Source: Betaproteobacteria bacterium (GTDB taxonomy: Bacteria; Pseudomonadota; Gammaproteobacteria; Burkholderiales; Casimicrobiaceae). Taken from it: a stretch of DNA of 42,833 bases. Each line of letters begins with the position of its first letter. Position 1 is the stretch's first letter. The translations under genes were made by a program, and so were the position numbers. The notes below the pieces were generated by a model. The model saw nothing but the letters and a program-made list of their open reading frames with translations. It made no database searches and had not been told where the DNA came from. The stretch spans positions 1-42,833 of the forward strand of contig JBDTNR010000001.1 in NCBI GenBank assembly GCA_039933655.1, given 5' to 3'. Below are positions 8,839 to 18,928 of the stretch, in pieces.

Positions 8839-10671
8839 ATGCCTCTTCTCTCACTCCAGGATGCCGAACTCGCTTTCGGCCTGCATCCGTTGCTCGACCG
8901 CGCCGCCTTCATGATCGACGACGGCGAACGCATCGGGCTCATCGGACGCAATGGCACCGGCAAGTCGTCGCTGCTTGCCGTCATCGCCGGCACGACGCAG
9001 TTGGACGACGGCGACCTGAAGCGGCGCGACGGCCTGCGCGTCGTGCTGGTCGAGCAGGAGCCGGAACTGCCGCCGGCGTCGACGCTGCGCGAAAGCCTGG
9101 CGCGCCGCGGCGGCCTCGCACCCGCCGCCGACCATTCGCACGATGAACGCGAGCGCTGGCGGATCGAGGCGCGGTTGGTCGAATACCTGCACCGCTTCGG
9201 ACTCGACGAGTCCACCGCGCTGGAATCGGCATCCGGCGGGGAGAAAAAACGCGCTGCGCTGGCGCTCGCCTTCGCGCTGGCGCCTGACCTGCTGCTGCTC
9301 GACGAGCCGACGAACCACCTCGACCTCGATGGCATCGCGCTGGTGGAGGATCTGCTGCGCAAGCAGCCGACGTCGATCGTCATCACGCACGACCGCACGT
9401 TTCTCGATCGCGTGACGACGCGCATCGTCGAGCTCGACCGGGGTCTCCTGCGCTCGTATCCCGGCAATTTCGGAGCCTACGAGGCGCGCAAGGCCGATGA
9501 GCTCGCTGCCGAGAGTGTCGCCAGCCGCAAGTTCGACACGTTCTGGAAACAGGAGGAGGCCTGGATCCGCAAGGGGGTCGAGGCGCGGCGGACGCGCGAC
9601 ATGGGCCGCGTGCGCCGTCTGGAGCAGCTGCGCCGCGAGCGTTCGGAACGCCGCGAGCGGCTCGGCAACGTCCGGATGACGCTCGAAGCGGGCGAGCGCT
9701 CGGGGAAGCTCGTGGCCGAGCTGACGAACGTCACCAAGCGCTTCGGCGAGCGCACCGTGGTGCGCGACGTCGACCTGCGCGTGATGCGCGGCGATCGGCT
9801 GGGCGTCATCGGCGCGAATGGCGCCGGCAAATCGACGCTGCTGAAACTGATCCTCGGCGCACTGCCGCCCGACAGCGGCACCGTCAAGCTCGGCACCAAG
9901 CTGCAGATCGCCTACTTCGACCAGATGCGCGCGCAGCTCGACCCGGAGCGCACGCTGGTCGACACCATCAGTCCCGGCGGCGAATGGATCGAGACGGCTG
10001 CCGGTCGCAAGCACGTGCTGTCGTATCTCGGCGAATTCCTGTTTCCGCCGCAACGCGCCAACGCGCCGGTGAAGATGCTGTCCGGCGGCGAGCGCAACCG
10101 CCTGCTGCTCGCCCGCCTGTTCGCGCAGCCGGCAAACCTGCTGGTGCTCGACGAGCCGACCAACGACCTCGACATCGAGTCGCTCGAGTTGCTGGAAGAC
10201 ACGCTGCAGGCGTATCCGGGCACGTTGCTGCTCGTCAGCCACGACCGGACGTTTCTCGACAACGTCGTGACGCAGACGCTGGTGGCGGAGGGCGACGGGC
10301 GCTGGAAGGAATACGTCGGCGGCTATAGCGACTGGGTCGCGCAACGGTCCGCGGGCGACGTGGCAGCGCCGACCGCGCCGGCGCCGGCGGCGCGGACGGA
10401 CGGGCGCCGCGCCGCACGCTCGCCGCTGAAGCTTTCGTTCAAGGAGCAGCGCGAGCTCGACGCGCTGCCGGCTGAACTCGAGGCGCTCGAACAGGAGCAG
10501 CTTGCGATCACCCAGCGAATGAGCGCGCCCGACTATCGCAGGCAGGGCGCCGACGCGATCAAGGCCGACCGGACGCGCGCGACGGAAGTGGAGCGACTGC
10601 TGACGGAGAAATTCGAGCGCTGGGGCGCGCTCGATGCGCGCGCGCCCAAAGTCGCTTCGGAGGACCCATAA
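8839..10671 (+). CDS. uup: ABC-F family ATPase Uup
   Basis: Two ABC domains (GRNGTGKS, GANGAGKS, SGGE, LDEPTN), EEAWIRKGVEARRTR linker, C-terminal KLSFKEQREL coiled coil, no TM segments. Confidence 0.9.
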   Translation: MPLLSLQDAELAFGLHPLLDRAAFMIDDGERIGLIGRNGTGKSSLLAVIAGTTQLDDGDLKRRDGLRVVLVEQEPELPPASTLRESLARRGGLAPAADHSHDERERWRIEARLVEYLHRFGLDESTALESASGGEKKRAALALAFALAPDLLLLDEPTNHLDLDGIALVEDLLRKQPTSIVITHDRTFLDRVTTRIVELDRGLLRSYPGNFGAYEARKADELAAESVASRKFDTFWKQEEAWIRKGVEARRTRDMGRVRRLEQLRRERSERRERLGNVRMTLEAGERSGKLVAELTNVTKRFGERTVVRDVDLRVMRGDRLGVIGANGAGKSTLLKLILGALPPDSGTVKLGTKLQIAYFDQMRAQLDPERTLVDTISPGGEWIETAAGRKHVLSYLGEFLFPPQRANAPVKMLSGGERNRLLLARLFAQPANLLVLDEPTNDLDIESLELLEDTLQAYPGTLLLVSHDRTFLDNVVTQTLVAEGDGRWKEYVGGYSDWVAQRSAGDVAAPTAPAPAARTDGRRAARSPLKLSFKEQRELDALPAELEALEQEQLAITQRMSAPDYRRQGADAIKADRTRATEVERLLTEKFERWGALDARAPKVASEDP

Positions 10672-10699
10672 AAAAGCGACCGCCTAGAAAGGCGGTCGC
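10670..10699 (-). terminator. Rho-independent terminator (minus strand, possibly bidirectional)
   Basis: 10-bp stem GCGACCGCCT/AGGCGGTCGC with 4-nt loop, followed by T6 on the minus strand. Confidence 0.85.
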
Positions 10700-10966
10700 C
10701 GGTGTCATCGAAGCATGGAGACACGCTCCATTGCGCAGTCCTTGAGCGTCTTTGCGTTCGCCCTTGGGCGTATGGCATTCGCGTCGTCGGATCACTCCTT
10801 CGTTGCGGTAAGACCTGGCGGACTTCGGTGTGCGGCGATGACGATTCCATTCTGATCGCGCACGTTCGGCCGTTGTAGTCGCGGAAGTCCGATCGTGTTG
10901 TCGGGCGATTCCTACAATTTCCGAAAGCGCGTTCGGCGGAGCGCGCGATTGCAAACGCCTCGTTCC

Positions 10967-12769
10967 TTACTCGGCGCCCGCTGTCCGGCGACCTTTCGCG
11001 ATGCCGCGCGCGTACGCCTTCACGTCGGCCTCGAACAGCTCCTGCAGTTGCGCAGCGGATTGCGCGGTGGTCTGGATGAACTGCTGCTCGTCCTGGCGCA
11101 CCGCGTATTGCTGCTCGACGAGCCGCAGGTCGTGACCGCGGAAGATCTCGACGGCGCGCGCCGCCTGCGCGGCGTCCATCCCGGTGAACTCGAGCGCCTG
11201 CCGCGCCGTCTGCAGGCTCGACTCGAAAGTCTCGCGCTCGATGCGTTCGATGTCGAGGTCGCGCAGGCGGTAGAGATGCACGCGGTTGCGGGCGCGGGCC
11301 AGGATCGGAAGGTCCGGAAAGTGCTTGCGCACGATGGCGGCGGTCTTGAGCGAAGCCTCGACGTCGTCGATGGCGAGCACGAAGAGCTTGGCATCGCGCG
11401 CCCGGGCGGATTCGAGCAGTTCGAGCCGCGACGCATCGCCGTAGTAGACCTTGTTGCCGAAGCGGCGGACGAAGTCGACCTGCTGGTAGTCGAGTTCGAT
11501 GGCGGTGAACGGCACGCCGGCCATGCGCAGCACGCGCGAGACGATCTGGCCGTAGCGCCCGTAGCCGGCGATGATCACCGGGTTGCCGGGGGCGTCGATC
11601 TCGTCGAATTCGGGAGGCTTGCTGCGCTCGAGCCAGCGATCGAGCATCCGGTCGTGGGCGACGAACATCAGCGGCGCCAGCAGCATGGACACCGTCACGG
11701 CGAGTACCAGGAACTGCGCCGTCGGCGCGTCGAGGATGCCCAGGACGAGCGCGGCGGCGAACAGCACGAACGCGAACTCGCCGCCCTGCGCCAGCCATAC
11801 GGCAATGCGCTGCGCATCGTCGTTGCGGGTGCCCGCGACGCGCGCGATCACGTACATCACGGCGACCTTGACGGCGAGGAGTCCGAGCGCGGCGCCGGCG
11901 ATGGCCAGCGGCTTCGCGGCGAGCAGCGTCAGGTTGGCGCTCATGCCCACCGCCATGAAAAAAAGACCCATCAGCAGTCCCTTGAACGGCTCGACGTCGG
12001 CCTCGAGCTCGTGCCGGAACTCGGAGTCGGCGAGCAGCACGCCGGCCAGGAAGGCGCCCAGCGACATCGACAGGCCGATCGCGTCCATGATCAGCGCGGC
12101 GCCGATCACCACCAGCAGCGCCGCTGCGGTGAAGATTTCGCGGCCACCGTAGCGCGCCAGAAGTTTCAGCACCGGCCGGATGACGAGGCGACTGCCGAAG
12201 ATGACGACGGCGATGGCGGCCACCCCCTTCGCGGCGTGCATCCACGCGCTTCCGGTATCGGTGGTGTCCGGCGTCAGCAACGGCAGCAGCGCGATCAGCG
12301 GGATCACGGCGAGGTCCTGGAACAGCAGGATCGCGAAGGTCTTGCGGCCGGCCGGTTCGGAGAGCTGGCTGCGCTCGCCGAGCCACGCGAGCACGATCGC
12401 CGTCGACGACATCGCGAGGCCGAAGCCGACGAGGATCGCGGGCGGCCACGACAGGCCGAGCGCATGCGCGCTCACGCCCAGCACGAGTCCGATCACCAGC
12501 ACCTGCGCGCCGCCTAAGCCGAACACCGAATGGCGCAATGCCCACAGCCGCGACGGCTCGAGTTCGAGGCCCACGAGGAACAGCAGCAGCACGATTCCCA
12601 GTTCGGCGAAGTGCAGCGTGCCTTCCGCTTCGGCAATGAGCCCCAGGCCCCAGGGCCCGATGATGATGCCGGCGGCGATGTAGCCGAGCACGCTGCCCAA
12701 TTGCAGGCGGCGAAAGATGGGGACGACGATGACCGCCGTCAGCAGGAAGATCGCGATCAGAAGCAGCAT
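10967..12769 (-). CDS. Glutathione-gated K+ efflux protein KefB/KefC family (CPA2 + KTN domain)
   Basis: [37 protein letters not shown] gating loop, [18 protein letters not shown] Rossmann motif. Confidence 0.93.
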   Translation of the reverse strand: MLLLIAIFLLTAVIVVPIFRRLQLGSVLGYIAAGIIIGPWGLGLIAEAEGTLHFAELGIVLLLFLVGLELEPSRLWALRHSVFGLGGAQVLVIGLVLGVSAHALGLSWPPAILVGFGLAMSSTAIVLAWLGERSQLSEPAGRKTFAILLFQDLAVIPLIALLPLLTPDTTDTGSAWMHAAKGVAAIAVVIFGSRLVIRPVLKLLARYGGREIFTAAALLVVIGAALIMDAIGLSMSLGAFLAGVLLADSEFRHELEADVEPFKGLLMGLFFMAVGMSANLTLLAAKPLAIAGAALGLLAVKVAVMYVIARVAGTRNDDAQRIAVWLAQGGEFAFVLFAAALVLGILDAPTAQFLVLAVTVSMLLAPLMFVAHDRMLDRWLERSKPPEFDEIDAPGNPVIIAGYGRYGQIVSRVLRMAGVPFTAIELDYQQVDFVRRFGNKVYYGDASRLELLESARARDAKLFVLAIDDVEASLKTAAIVRKHFPDLPILARARNRVHLYRLRDLDIERIERETFESSLQTARQALEFTGMDAAQAARAVEIFRGHDLRLVEQQYAVRQDEQQFIQTTAQSAAQLQELFEADVKAYARGIAKGRRTAGAE

Positions 12770-12940
12770 TCAGTCTTGTCCTCGTGGGCGTGCGGAAGGC
12801 GCTCGCCATGGGTGCGCAGCAGCGCCGCGCCGGATGGACGGCGCCGGTTCCTGGAAGTCGGATGCCTGGCGCGCATGCGCAGCAGCGGTGGCCGGACGAA
12901 TGCTACGCTGGAGCCCCTTCGCATTCGCATCGCCCAGTCC

Positions 12941-14821
12941 ATGACGCACGCTGCCGAAACCAACCGGCTTGATCGGCCGGTCGCGCCCGGATTCGACCAT
13001 ATCCTGGGATCGGCGCAGCCCGACCTGACGCTGGTCGAGTACGGCAGCTATGCGTGCCCGTATTGCCGCGCGGCGAACGAGGAGGTGGCGAAGCTGCGCG
13101 ATCGCTTCGGCGTCCGGTTGCGCTACGTGTTTCGCCAGCGGCCGATCCAGGACAGCGATATCGCGCGCCGCGCCGCCGAGGTCGCCGAGGCGGCGCCGGA
13201 CGAGGCGACGTTCTGGGCCGCGCACGTCAAGCTGATGACGCGGTCGGCCACACTGACCGAGGACGACGTGGCCGCCGTCGCTGCCCAACTCAAGGTGACC
13301 GGACCCGACGCGGACTCTGCCACGGTGGCGCGCGGCCGGGCGCGCGTGAAGGCCGACGTGGCGAGCGCCGGCGCCAGCGGCGTGCGCGTGACGCCGACGT
13401 TTTTCATCAACGGCCGCCGCTACGACGGCCCCTGGGACGAAGTGTCGCTGGCGGAGGCGATGCTCGGCTCGCTCGGCCATCGCGTGCATTCGGCCGCCGT
13501 GGACTTCGCGAGCTGGGCGCCGTCCACCGGCGTGCTGCTGCTGCTGATGGCGATCATCGCGGTCGCCATCGTCAATTCGCCGCTGGGTCCGGGGTTCACC
13601 GCGTTCTGGGAGGCGCCGTTCGGCTTCGACTTCGCCGAAGCACGGTTTCGCATGTCGCTGCTGCACTGGGTGAACGACGGTCTGCTGACGATCTTCTTTC
13701 TGCTGGTGGGACTGGAGATCAAGCGCGAATTCACCGTGGGCCGGCTCGCCAACCGGCGCTCGGCCGCGTTCGCGATCGCCGCGGCGCTGGGCGGCATGGC
13801 AGTCCCGGCAGGACTCTACGCGCTGGCGATTCCTGCCGGCGCGTGGGGCCACGGCTGGGGCGTGCCGATGGCCACCGACACTGCTTTTGCCATCGCGCTG
13901 ATCGTGATGCTCGGCAAGCGCGTGCCGGTCGAGCTGCGGGTGTTCCTGACGGCGGCGTCGATCGTCGACGACATCGGCGCCATCGTCGTCGTCGCGGTCT
14001 TCTATTCCGGCGACCTGCAATGGAGCTATCTCGCCGGGGCCGCGGGTATCGTCGTGTTGCTGTGGCTGACGAACCGCTCCGGCGTCTACCGGGCGATGCC
14101 CTACGCGTTGCTCGGCATCGCGCTGTGGGCGTGCATCCACGCCGGCGGACTGCACGCGACGCTGGCCGGCGTGCTGCTTGCGCTCTTCATCCCGACGCGG
14201 CCGCCGCCCAATCTCAACGCGCTGATGGCGCAGGCCAACGCGATCCTGAGCGCGGAGACGCAGCGCGGGCAGGAGGTGCTGCGGCACGGGCCGTCGACGC
14301 CCGCGCTGCGCGCGCTCGACGCGATCCACGATCGCCTCGAGTCGCCGGCCGACCGCACGCTGCGCGCGATCGAACCCTGGTCGAGCTTCGTCGTGCTGCC
14401 GGTGTTTGCGCTCGCCAACGCGGGCGTCGCACTGGCGACCGGCGTGTTCGCCGGCCGCGAAGGCCTGATCGGCGCGATCGCGCTGGGCCTCGTCGTCGGC
14501 AAGCCGCTCGGCTTCATGGCCGTGCCCGCGCTCGCCGTGTGGACCGGCATCGCCGTCAAGCCGCCGAACTATTCGTGGCGGCAACTGTTGGGTGCGGGCG
14601 CGCTCGCCGGCATCGGATTCACGATGTCGCTTTTCATCGCGGGCCAGGCGATGCCCTCGGCCGACGACTTCGCGGCGGCCAAGTTCGCCGTGTTTGGCGC
14701 ATCGATCCTGTCGGCGGTGATCGGCGTCGCGCTGTTGTGGAAGCCGCTCGCGGTCGCCGACCCGCCGGTGCCGGAGACGGACGCAACCGGAGCGCCCTAC
14801 GGGCACAGCACCGTCGGCTGA
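12941..14821 (+). CDS. nhaA: Na+/H+ antiporter NhaA with N-terminal DsbA/thioredoxin-like domain
   Basis: N-terminal [11 protein letters not shown]...TPTFFING; NhaA motifs [45 protein letters not shown]. Confidence 0.92.
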   Translation: MTHAAETNRLDRPVAPGFDHILGSAQPDLTLVEYGSYACPYCRAANEEVAKLRDRFGVRLRYVFRQRPIQDSDIARRAAEVAEAAPDEATFWAAHVKLMTRSATLTEDDVAAVAAQLKVTGPDADSATVARGRARVKADVASAGASGVRVTPTFFINGRRYDGPWDEVSLAEAMLGSLGHRVHSAAVDFASWAPSTGVLLLLMAIIAVAIVNSPLGPGFTAFWEAPFGFDFAEARFRMSLLHWVNDGLLTIFFLLVGLEIKREFTVGRLANRRSAAFAIAAALGGMAVPAGLYALAIPAGAWGHGWGVPMATDTAFAIALIVMLGKRVPVELRVFLTAASIVDDIGAIVVVAVFYSGDLQWSYLAGAAGIVVLLWLTNRSGVYRAMPYALLGIALWACIHAGGLHATLAGVLLALFIPTRPPPNLNALMAQANAILSAETQRGQEVLRHGPSTPALRALDAIHDRLESPADRTLRAIEPWSSFVVLPVFALANAGVALATGVFAGREGLIGAIALGLVVGKPLGFMAVPALAVWTGIAVKPPNYSWRQLLGAGALAGIGFTMSLFIAGQAMPSADDFAAAKFAVFGASILSAVIGVALLWKPLAVADPPVPETDATGAPYGHSTVG

Positions 14822-14843
14822 ACGCCGCCCCGCGGCGTGGCCG

Positions 14844-15806
14844 TCACGTTGCATTGCGCAGCGCGGCCTTCGTCTGCCGCACCTGCGACTCGAACGCCGC
14901 ACATTCGGCGCCGGAGAACTTCTCCGCCAGCATGTCGATGAAGGCGCGGGTGCGGGCGGGCATCAGGCGCCGCCCGGGGAACACCGCCCAGGCATCGGTC
15001 GACGGTGCCGCCCATTGCGCTAGCACGGGCACGAGCTCGCCGCTCCTCACGTAGGGGTCGGCGAAGTGGTCATTCACGACGGCGATGCCGGTGCCGGCGC
15101 GTGCCAAGCGGATCAGCAGGTCGGGCGAATTGGCGGTGGCGCGGCCCGGCGCAATGCCCTCCCAGCGCTGCTCGCCGCGCGTCAGGATCCATGGCGCGGG
15201 CTCGCCGTTGCGGGCGAGCAGCCGCAGTGCATCGTGCTCCATGAGCGCCTCGGGTTCGGCCGGCGTACCGCGGCGGGCGAGGTAGCCGGGCGCCGCGTAC
15301 AGGCTGGCGGTCCACGTTGCGAGTTTGCGGGCGGCGAGCGACGCGTCGTCGGCCAGGTCGCCCATCCGCAATGCCACGTCGAAGTTCTCGCCGAAAAGGT
15401 CGACGCGGCGCGGCGTCAGGTCGAGTTCCAGCGAAACGGCCGGATAGCGGGCCAGGAACGCGGCCATCACCGACGACAGCACCAGGCTCGCCAGATCCCC
15501 CGGCATCGAAACCCGCAGACGGCCGCTGGGGGCGGCCGACCGAGTCTCGCCGAGGGTGATGGTGGCGGCGACTTCTTCGGCCACGTGCTGCGCGTGTTCC
15601 AGAACGCTGTGACCGAAGTCGGTGACGGCCAGTTTCCTCGTGGTGCGTAATAGTAAGCGCTCACCAAGCTGCGCCTCCAGCGCGGCGATCCGGCGCGAGA
15701 CGGTGGACTTGGGCATGCGCATGCGCTCGGCGGCACGGGAGAAGCTGCCCAGGTCGACGACGCGCGCGAACAGCAAGAGATCGTTGGGCTCGATGGATGG
15801 TGTCAT
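14844..15806 (-). CDS. LysR family transcriptional regulator (CrgA-like)
   Basis: GSFSRAAE..PKSTVSRRIAALEAQLGERLLLRTTR HTH; PSGRLRVSMP; FDVALR. Confidence 0.95.
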   Translation of the reverse strand: MTPSIEPNDLLLFARVVDLGSFSRAAERMRMPKSTVSRRIAALEAQLGERLLLRTTRKLAVTDFGHSVLEHAQHVAEEVAATITLGETRSAAPSGRLRVSMPGDLASLVLSSVMAAFLARYPAVSLELDLTPRRVDLFGENFDVALRMGDLADDASLAARKLATWTASLYAAPGYLARRGTPAEPEALMEHDALRLLARNGEPAPWILTRGEQRWEGIAPGRATANSPDLLIRLARAGTGIAVVNDHFADPYVRSGELVPVLAQWAAPSTDAWAVFPGRRLMPARTRAFIDMLAEKFSGAECAAFESQVRQTKAALRNAT

Positions 15807-15810
15807 GTAA

Positions 15811-15832
15811 ATTGTTCCACATAAGCAACAAT
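15811..15832. promoter_or_regulatory. LysR-type binding site in the divergent promoter
   Basis: ATTGTT-N10-AACAAT inverted repeat in an AT-rich island next to the LysR start. Confidence 0.65.
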
Positions 15833-15909
15833 ATTATCCATATTGACGGCTGGTTAGCTGTTGGCGCAACAATTATATTCACTCCATCGACCGGCCGATG
15901 GAGTCCGCG

Positions 15910-16132
15910 ATGAACATCCTGCCGATCGATTCCAGCGCCCGCCGCGATTCGTCGCATCCGACGAGCCTTGCCAACCGGCGGGTGGCGCGACGCCGACCCC
16001 GAAGCGAATCTGGCGGTGCGCGACCTCAATGCCACGCCGCATCCGGTGCCGGACGGGGCGGCGCTCGGCGCGCTGTTGACGCCGGCGGACAAGCGCACGG
16101 CCGAGCAGGACGCGTGCGTCGCGCTCATCTGA
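15910..16132 (+). pseudogene. azoR: FMN-dependent NADH-azoreductase (AzoR/AcpD) remnant, frameshifted and truncated
   Basis: GGAG RBS, then MNILPIDSSARRDSSHPTSLA; after a frameshift DPEANLAVRDLNATPHPVPDGAALGALLTPADKRTAEQ..VALI*. LysR-azoR-pirin context is typical. Confidence 0.8.
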
Positions 16133-16229
16133 CCCGATGTCCCGTTGGGTCGATGCATCGAATCAGTGAAAATGAGGCGGCAGACCCCGGCAACGAACAT
16201 CGGGGTCCGACCCCGGAAAGGTGAATCCC

Positions 16230-17180
16230 ATGACGACGACTCTCATGCATGACGCCGACGAAACGGTCACCACGCCACGCGCGGTGGAACGGCTGATCGC
16301 CGGCCATCCGACCTCCGATGGCGCCGGCGTCAAGCTGACGCGTGTGCTCACGCAGCCGCTGCAGCGCCGACTCGATCCGTTCCTGATGCTCGACGCCTTC
16401 GGCACCGACGATCCGCAGGACTACATCGGCGGCTTTCCGGACCATCCGCACCGCGGCTTCGAGACGATCACGTACATGATCGCCGGCCGTATGCGCCACC
16501 GCGACAGCGCCGGCCACGAGGGCCTGCTGTCCAACGGTGGCGTCCAGTGGATGACCGCCGGCCGCGGCGTGATCCATTCCGAATTGCCGGAGCAGGAAGA
16601 CGGCCGCATGGAGGGCTTCCAGCTGTGGCTCAACCTGCCGGCGAAGGACAAGATGCGGGCGCCGTGGTACCGCGACATCCAGAGCGCCGAGATTCCCGAG
16701 TTCGTCACGGCCGGCGGTGTTGCGGTGCGCGCCATCGCCGGACGCAGCCACGGCGTGGACGGCGCGATGCAGCGCGACGTGACCGAACCGCTCTACCTCG
16801 ACCTCGCCATTCCCGCGGGCGCGGCATTCGCGCAGGCGCTGCCGGCTACGCACAACGCGTTCGTCTACGTGTATCGCGGCGGGCTGCAGATCGGCGACAC
16901 GCAGGTGCCGGTGCAGCGGATGGCGATCCTGAAGAACGCCGCCGGCACCGATGGCGTCGTCCTGACGGCGCCGGCGGCGACGCGCGCGCTGCTGATCGCG
17001 GGGATGCCGCTCGGCGAGCCGATCGCGCAGTACGGCCCGTTCGTGATGAACACCAACGACGAGATCTTCGCGGCGGTGCAGGACTACCAGGCCGGGAAAT
17101 TCGCAGCGACCGCTTACAGTAAAGGCGTCTCGCCGCGCGTCGGTGCGTCGTGGCGATCGACGCGCGGCACTCGATCGTAG
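16230..17180 (+). CDS. Pirin family protein
   Basis: LDPFLMLD, GFPDHPHRGFETITY, VQWMTAGRGVIHSE, FQLWLNLP, YGPFVMNT. Confidence 0.95.
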   Translation: MTTTLMHDADETVTTPRAVERLIAGHPTSDGAGVKLTRVLTQPLQRRLDPFLMLDAFGTDDPQDYIGGFPDHPHRGFETITYMIAGRMRHRDSAGHEGLLSNGGVQWMTAGRGVIHSELPEQEDGRMEGFQLWLNLPAKDKMRAPWYRDIQSAEIPEFVTAGGVAVRAIAGRSHGVDGAMQRDVTEPLYLDLAIPAGAAFAQALPATHNAFVYVYRGGLQIGDTQVPVQRMAILKNAAGTDGVVLTAPAATRALLIAGMPLGEPIAQYGPFVMNTNDEIFAAVQDYQAGKFAATAYSKGVSPRVGASWRSTRGTRS

Positions 17181-17260
17181 TATGTTCGCATCTCCAATGC
17201 GCGCCCAGCCGTCGTCATCGCGGCTGGGCGCGGTTCCTTTCATCCCGATGGAGTTCGTGC

Positions 17261-17719
17261 ATGCGTACAGGTTATCTGCTGCCGCTGTTGCTTCTCGCCG
17301 CCAGCGGTCTCGCCGTCGCGCAGGGCAGGTCCGACGATGCCGCCGGCGAATTGAAGAAGCGCGAAGGCACCTGGGTGCTCGTGTCGGGCAAGAAGGACGG
17401 CCAGCCGATCGCCGCCGACAGCGTCGGCAAGAGCCGGATCGTCTGGAAGGGCCAGGACGTCGTCGTCGAGACACCGCACCAGGCGAAGGAGCCGATCAAG
17501 ACCAGCGCCACGCTCGCCGCCGGTGGCCGCGGGACCATGGACTGGTCACGTGCCAATGGACCGGACGCCGGCAAGACGAGGCTGGCGATCTACCAGTTCC
17601 GCGGCCCCGACGAGTACGTCGTGGTGTTCGCGCCGGCGGGCAAGGCGCGGCCGCAGGACTTTGATACCAAGGCCGGCAGCGGGCACACGCTGCACGTCTG
17701 GAAGCGCACGAAGGGCTAG
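17261..17719 (+). CDS. Exported TIGR03067-like beta-rich domain protein
   Basis: Signal peptide; ELKKREGTWVLVSG..DG, AIY, RPQDF, terminal WKR pattern. Confidence 0.7.
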   Translation: MRTGYLLPLLLLAASGLAVAQGRSDDAAGELKKREGTWVLVSGKKDGQPIAADSVGKSRIVWKGQDVVVETPHQAKEPIKTSATLAAGGRGTMDWSRANGPDAGKTRLAIYQFRGPDEYVVVFAPAGKARPQDFDTKAGSGHTLHVWKRTKG

Positions 17720-17745
17720 CTTCTACCGTTCGGCGTCGGCGCCGC

Positions 17746-18864
17746 CTACATCCTGACGATGTAAGGCGCCAACCGCCGCAGGTCGGGCTCGACACCCAAC
17801 CCCGGCGCATCGGAGAGCGTGGCGACGCCGTCGACGACCGTCAGCGGAAACACTTCCTCGCGCAGCGGATTCGGATTCGCATCGACCTCGGCGTAGCCAT
17901 GCTCGCTGCCACTCCCGGCCAATGCGTGCATCGACGCTGCGAGCCCGACGCCGCCGGCGAGCCAGTGTGGGCAGTACGCGATGCCGCGCGCGTCGGCGTG
18001 CCGTGCGACGTCCAGTCCGCCGCTGATGCCGCCCCACTTGCCGACGTCGGGTTGGACGAACGCGAGGTATCCGCCCTCGATCGCCTCGTCGAACGCCTGT
18101 TGTCCGCGCAGATTCTCGCCGGCGGCGAGCGGTATGCCACCGCGCGCGGCCAGCAGACCCCACGCTTCGTGCGACTGGTCGGCGCCGATCGGCTCCTCGA
18201 TCCAGTGCGGACGATGCGGCGCCAGCGCGGCGATGCGCGCCACGGCGTCGTCCGCCGTCCACGCCTGGTTGGCGTCGCACATGATCGTGGCGTCGTCGCC
18301 GAGTGCGGCGCGCATCGCCGCGAGATTGCCGACATCGCGCTGCGCATCGAAGCCTACTTTCAACTTGAAGGCAAGGTGGCCTTCGGCACGTTTCGCGAGC
18401 GCGACCTCCGCAACGCGCTCGGGACCGATGCCGCTCGCGTAGACGCGAACGCGGTTGCCCCCGCCCAGGTGCCGCCACAACGGCACGCCGGCGCGCCGCG
18501 CGGCCAGGTCCCACAGCGCCTGGTCGACGGCGCCGGTGATCTGCGCGAACGGTCCCGGTTCGCCGCACTGGATCGCCATCTGCCGCGTGCGGCGGTCGAG
18601 CAGCGCGCGCACGGGCGCCGGATCGTCGGCCGCCACGCCGGCGAGCAGCGGCGCGAAGATGCTCGCGACCAGCCGCGCGCGATGCTCGGCACCCACCTGC
18701 GGGAAATTGCAGAACACCTCGCCCCAGCCCCACGCGCCATCGCTCGCGCTCACCCGCAGGAACACCGCCGGCCGGTTGGTCATCGCGCCGAATGCGTTCG
18801 CGACCGGTTCGGCGATCGGCGCGCGGAGTACCCAGCATTCGACTTTTTCGATCTGCGTTTCCAT
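17746..18864 (-). CDS. Mandelate racemase/muconate lactonizing enzyme family (enolase superfamily)
   Basis: GWGE, VDQALWDL, FKLKVG, DANQ, WIEEP, GEN, QPDVGKWGG, CPH. Confidence 0.92.
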   Translation of the reverse strand: METQIEKVECWVLRAPIAEPVANAFGAMTNRPAVFLRVSASDGAWGWGEVFCNFPQVGAEHRARLVASIFAPLLAGVAADDPAPVRALLDRRTRQMAIQCGEPGPFAQITGAVDQALWDLAARRAGVPLWRHLGGGNRVRVYASGIGPERVAEVALAKRAEGHLAFKLKVGFDAQRDVGNLAAMRAALGDDATIMCDANQAWTADDAVARIAALAPHRPHWIEEPIGADQSHEAWGLLAARGGIPLAAGENLRGQQAFDEAIEGGYLAFVQPDVGKWGGISGGLDVARHADARGIAYCPHWLAGGVGLAASMHALAGSGSEHGYAEVDANPNPLREEVFPLTVVDGVATLSDAPGLGVEPDLRRLAPYIVRM

Positions 18865-18928
18865 GTGGAGCGTTTTGGTGAAGAATCCCGGTAGTCTAGT
18901 CGCGTCCTCCACCGGCGAAGGGGTTCCC

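Noticed and set aside
12530-12940. Longer NhaA N-terminus, and similar extensions for uup, aroE-like, Bug, curA-like and S1C genes
   Set aside because: The extensions overlap opposite-strand genes or promoters and lack homology; they are artefacts of scarce stop codons in high-GC DNA
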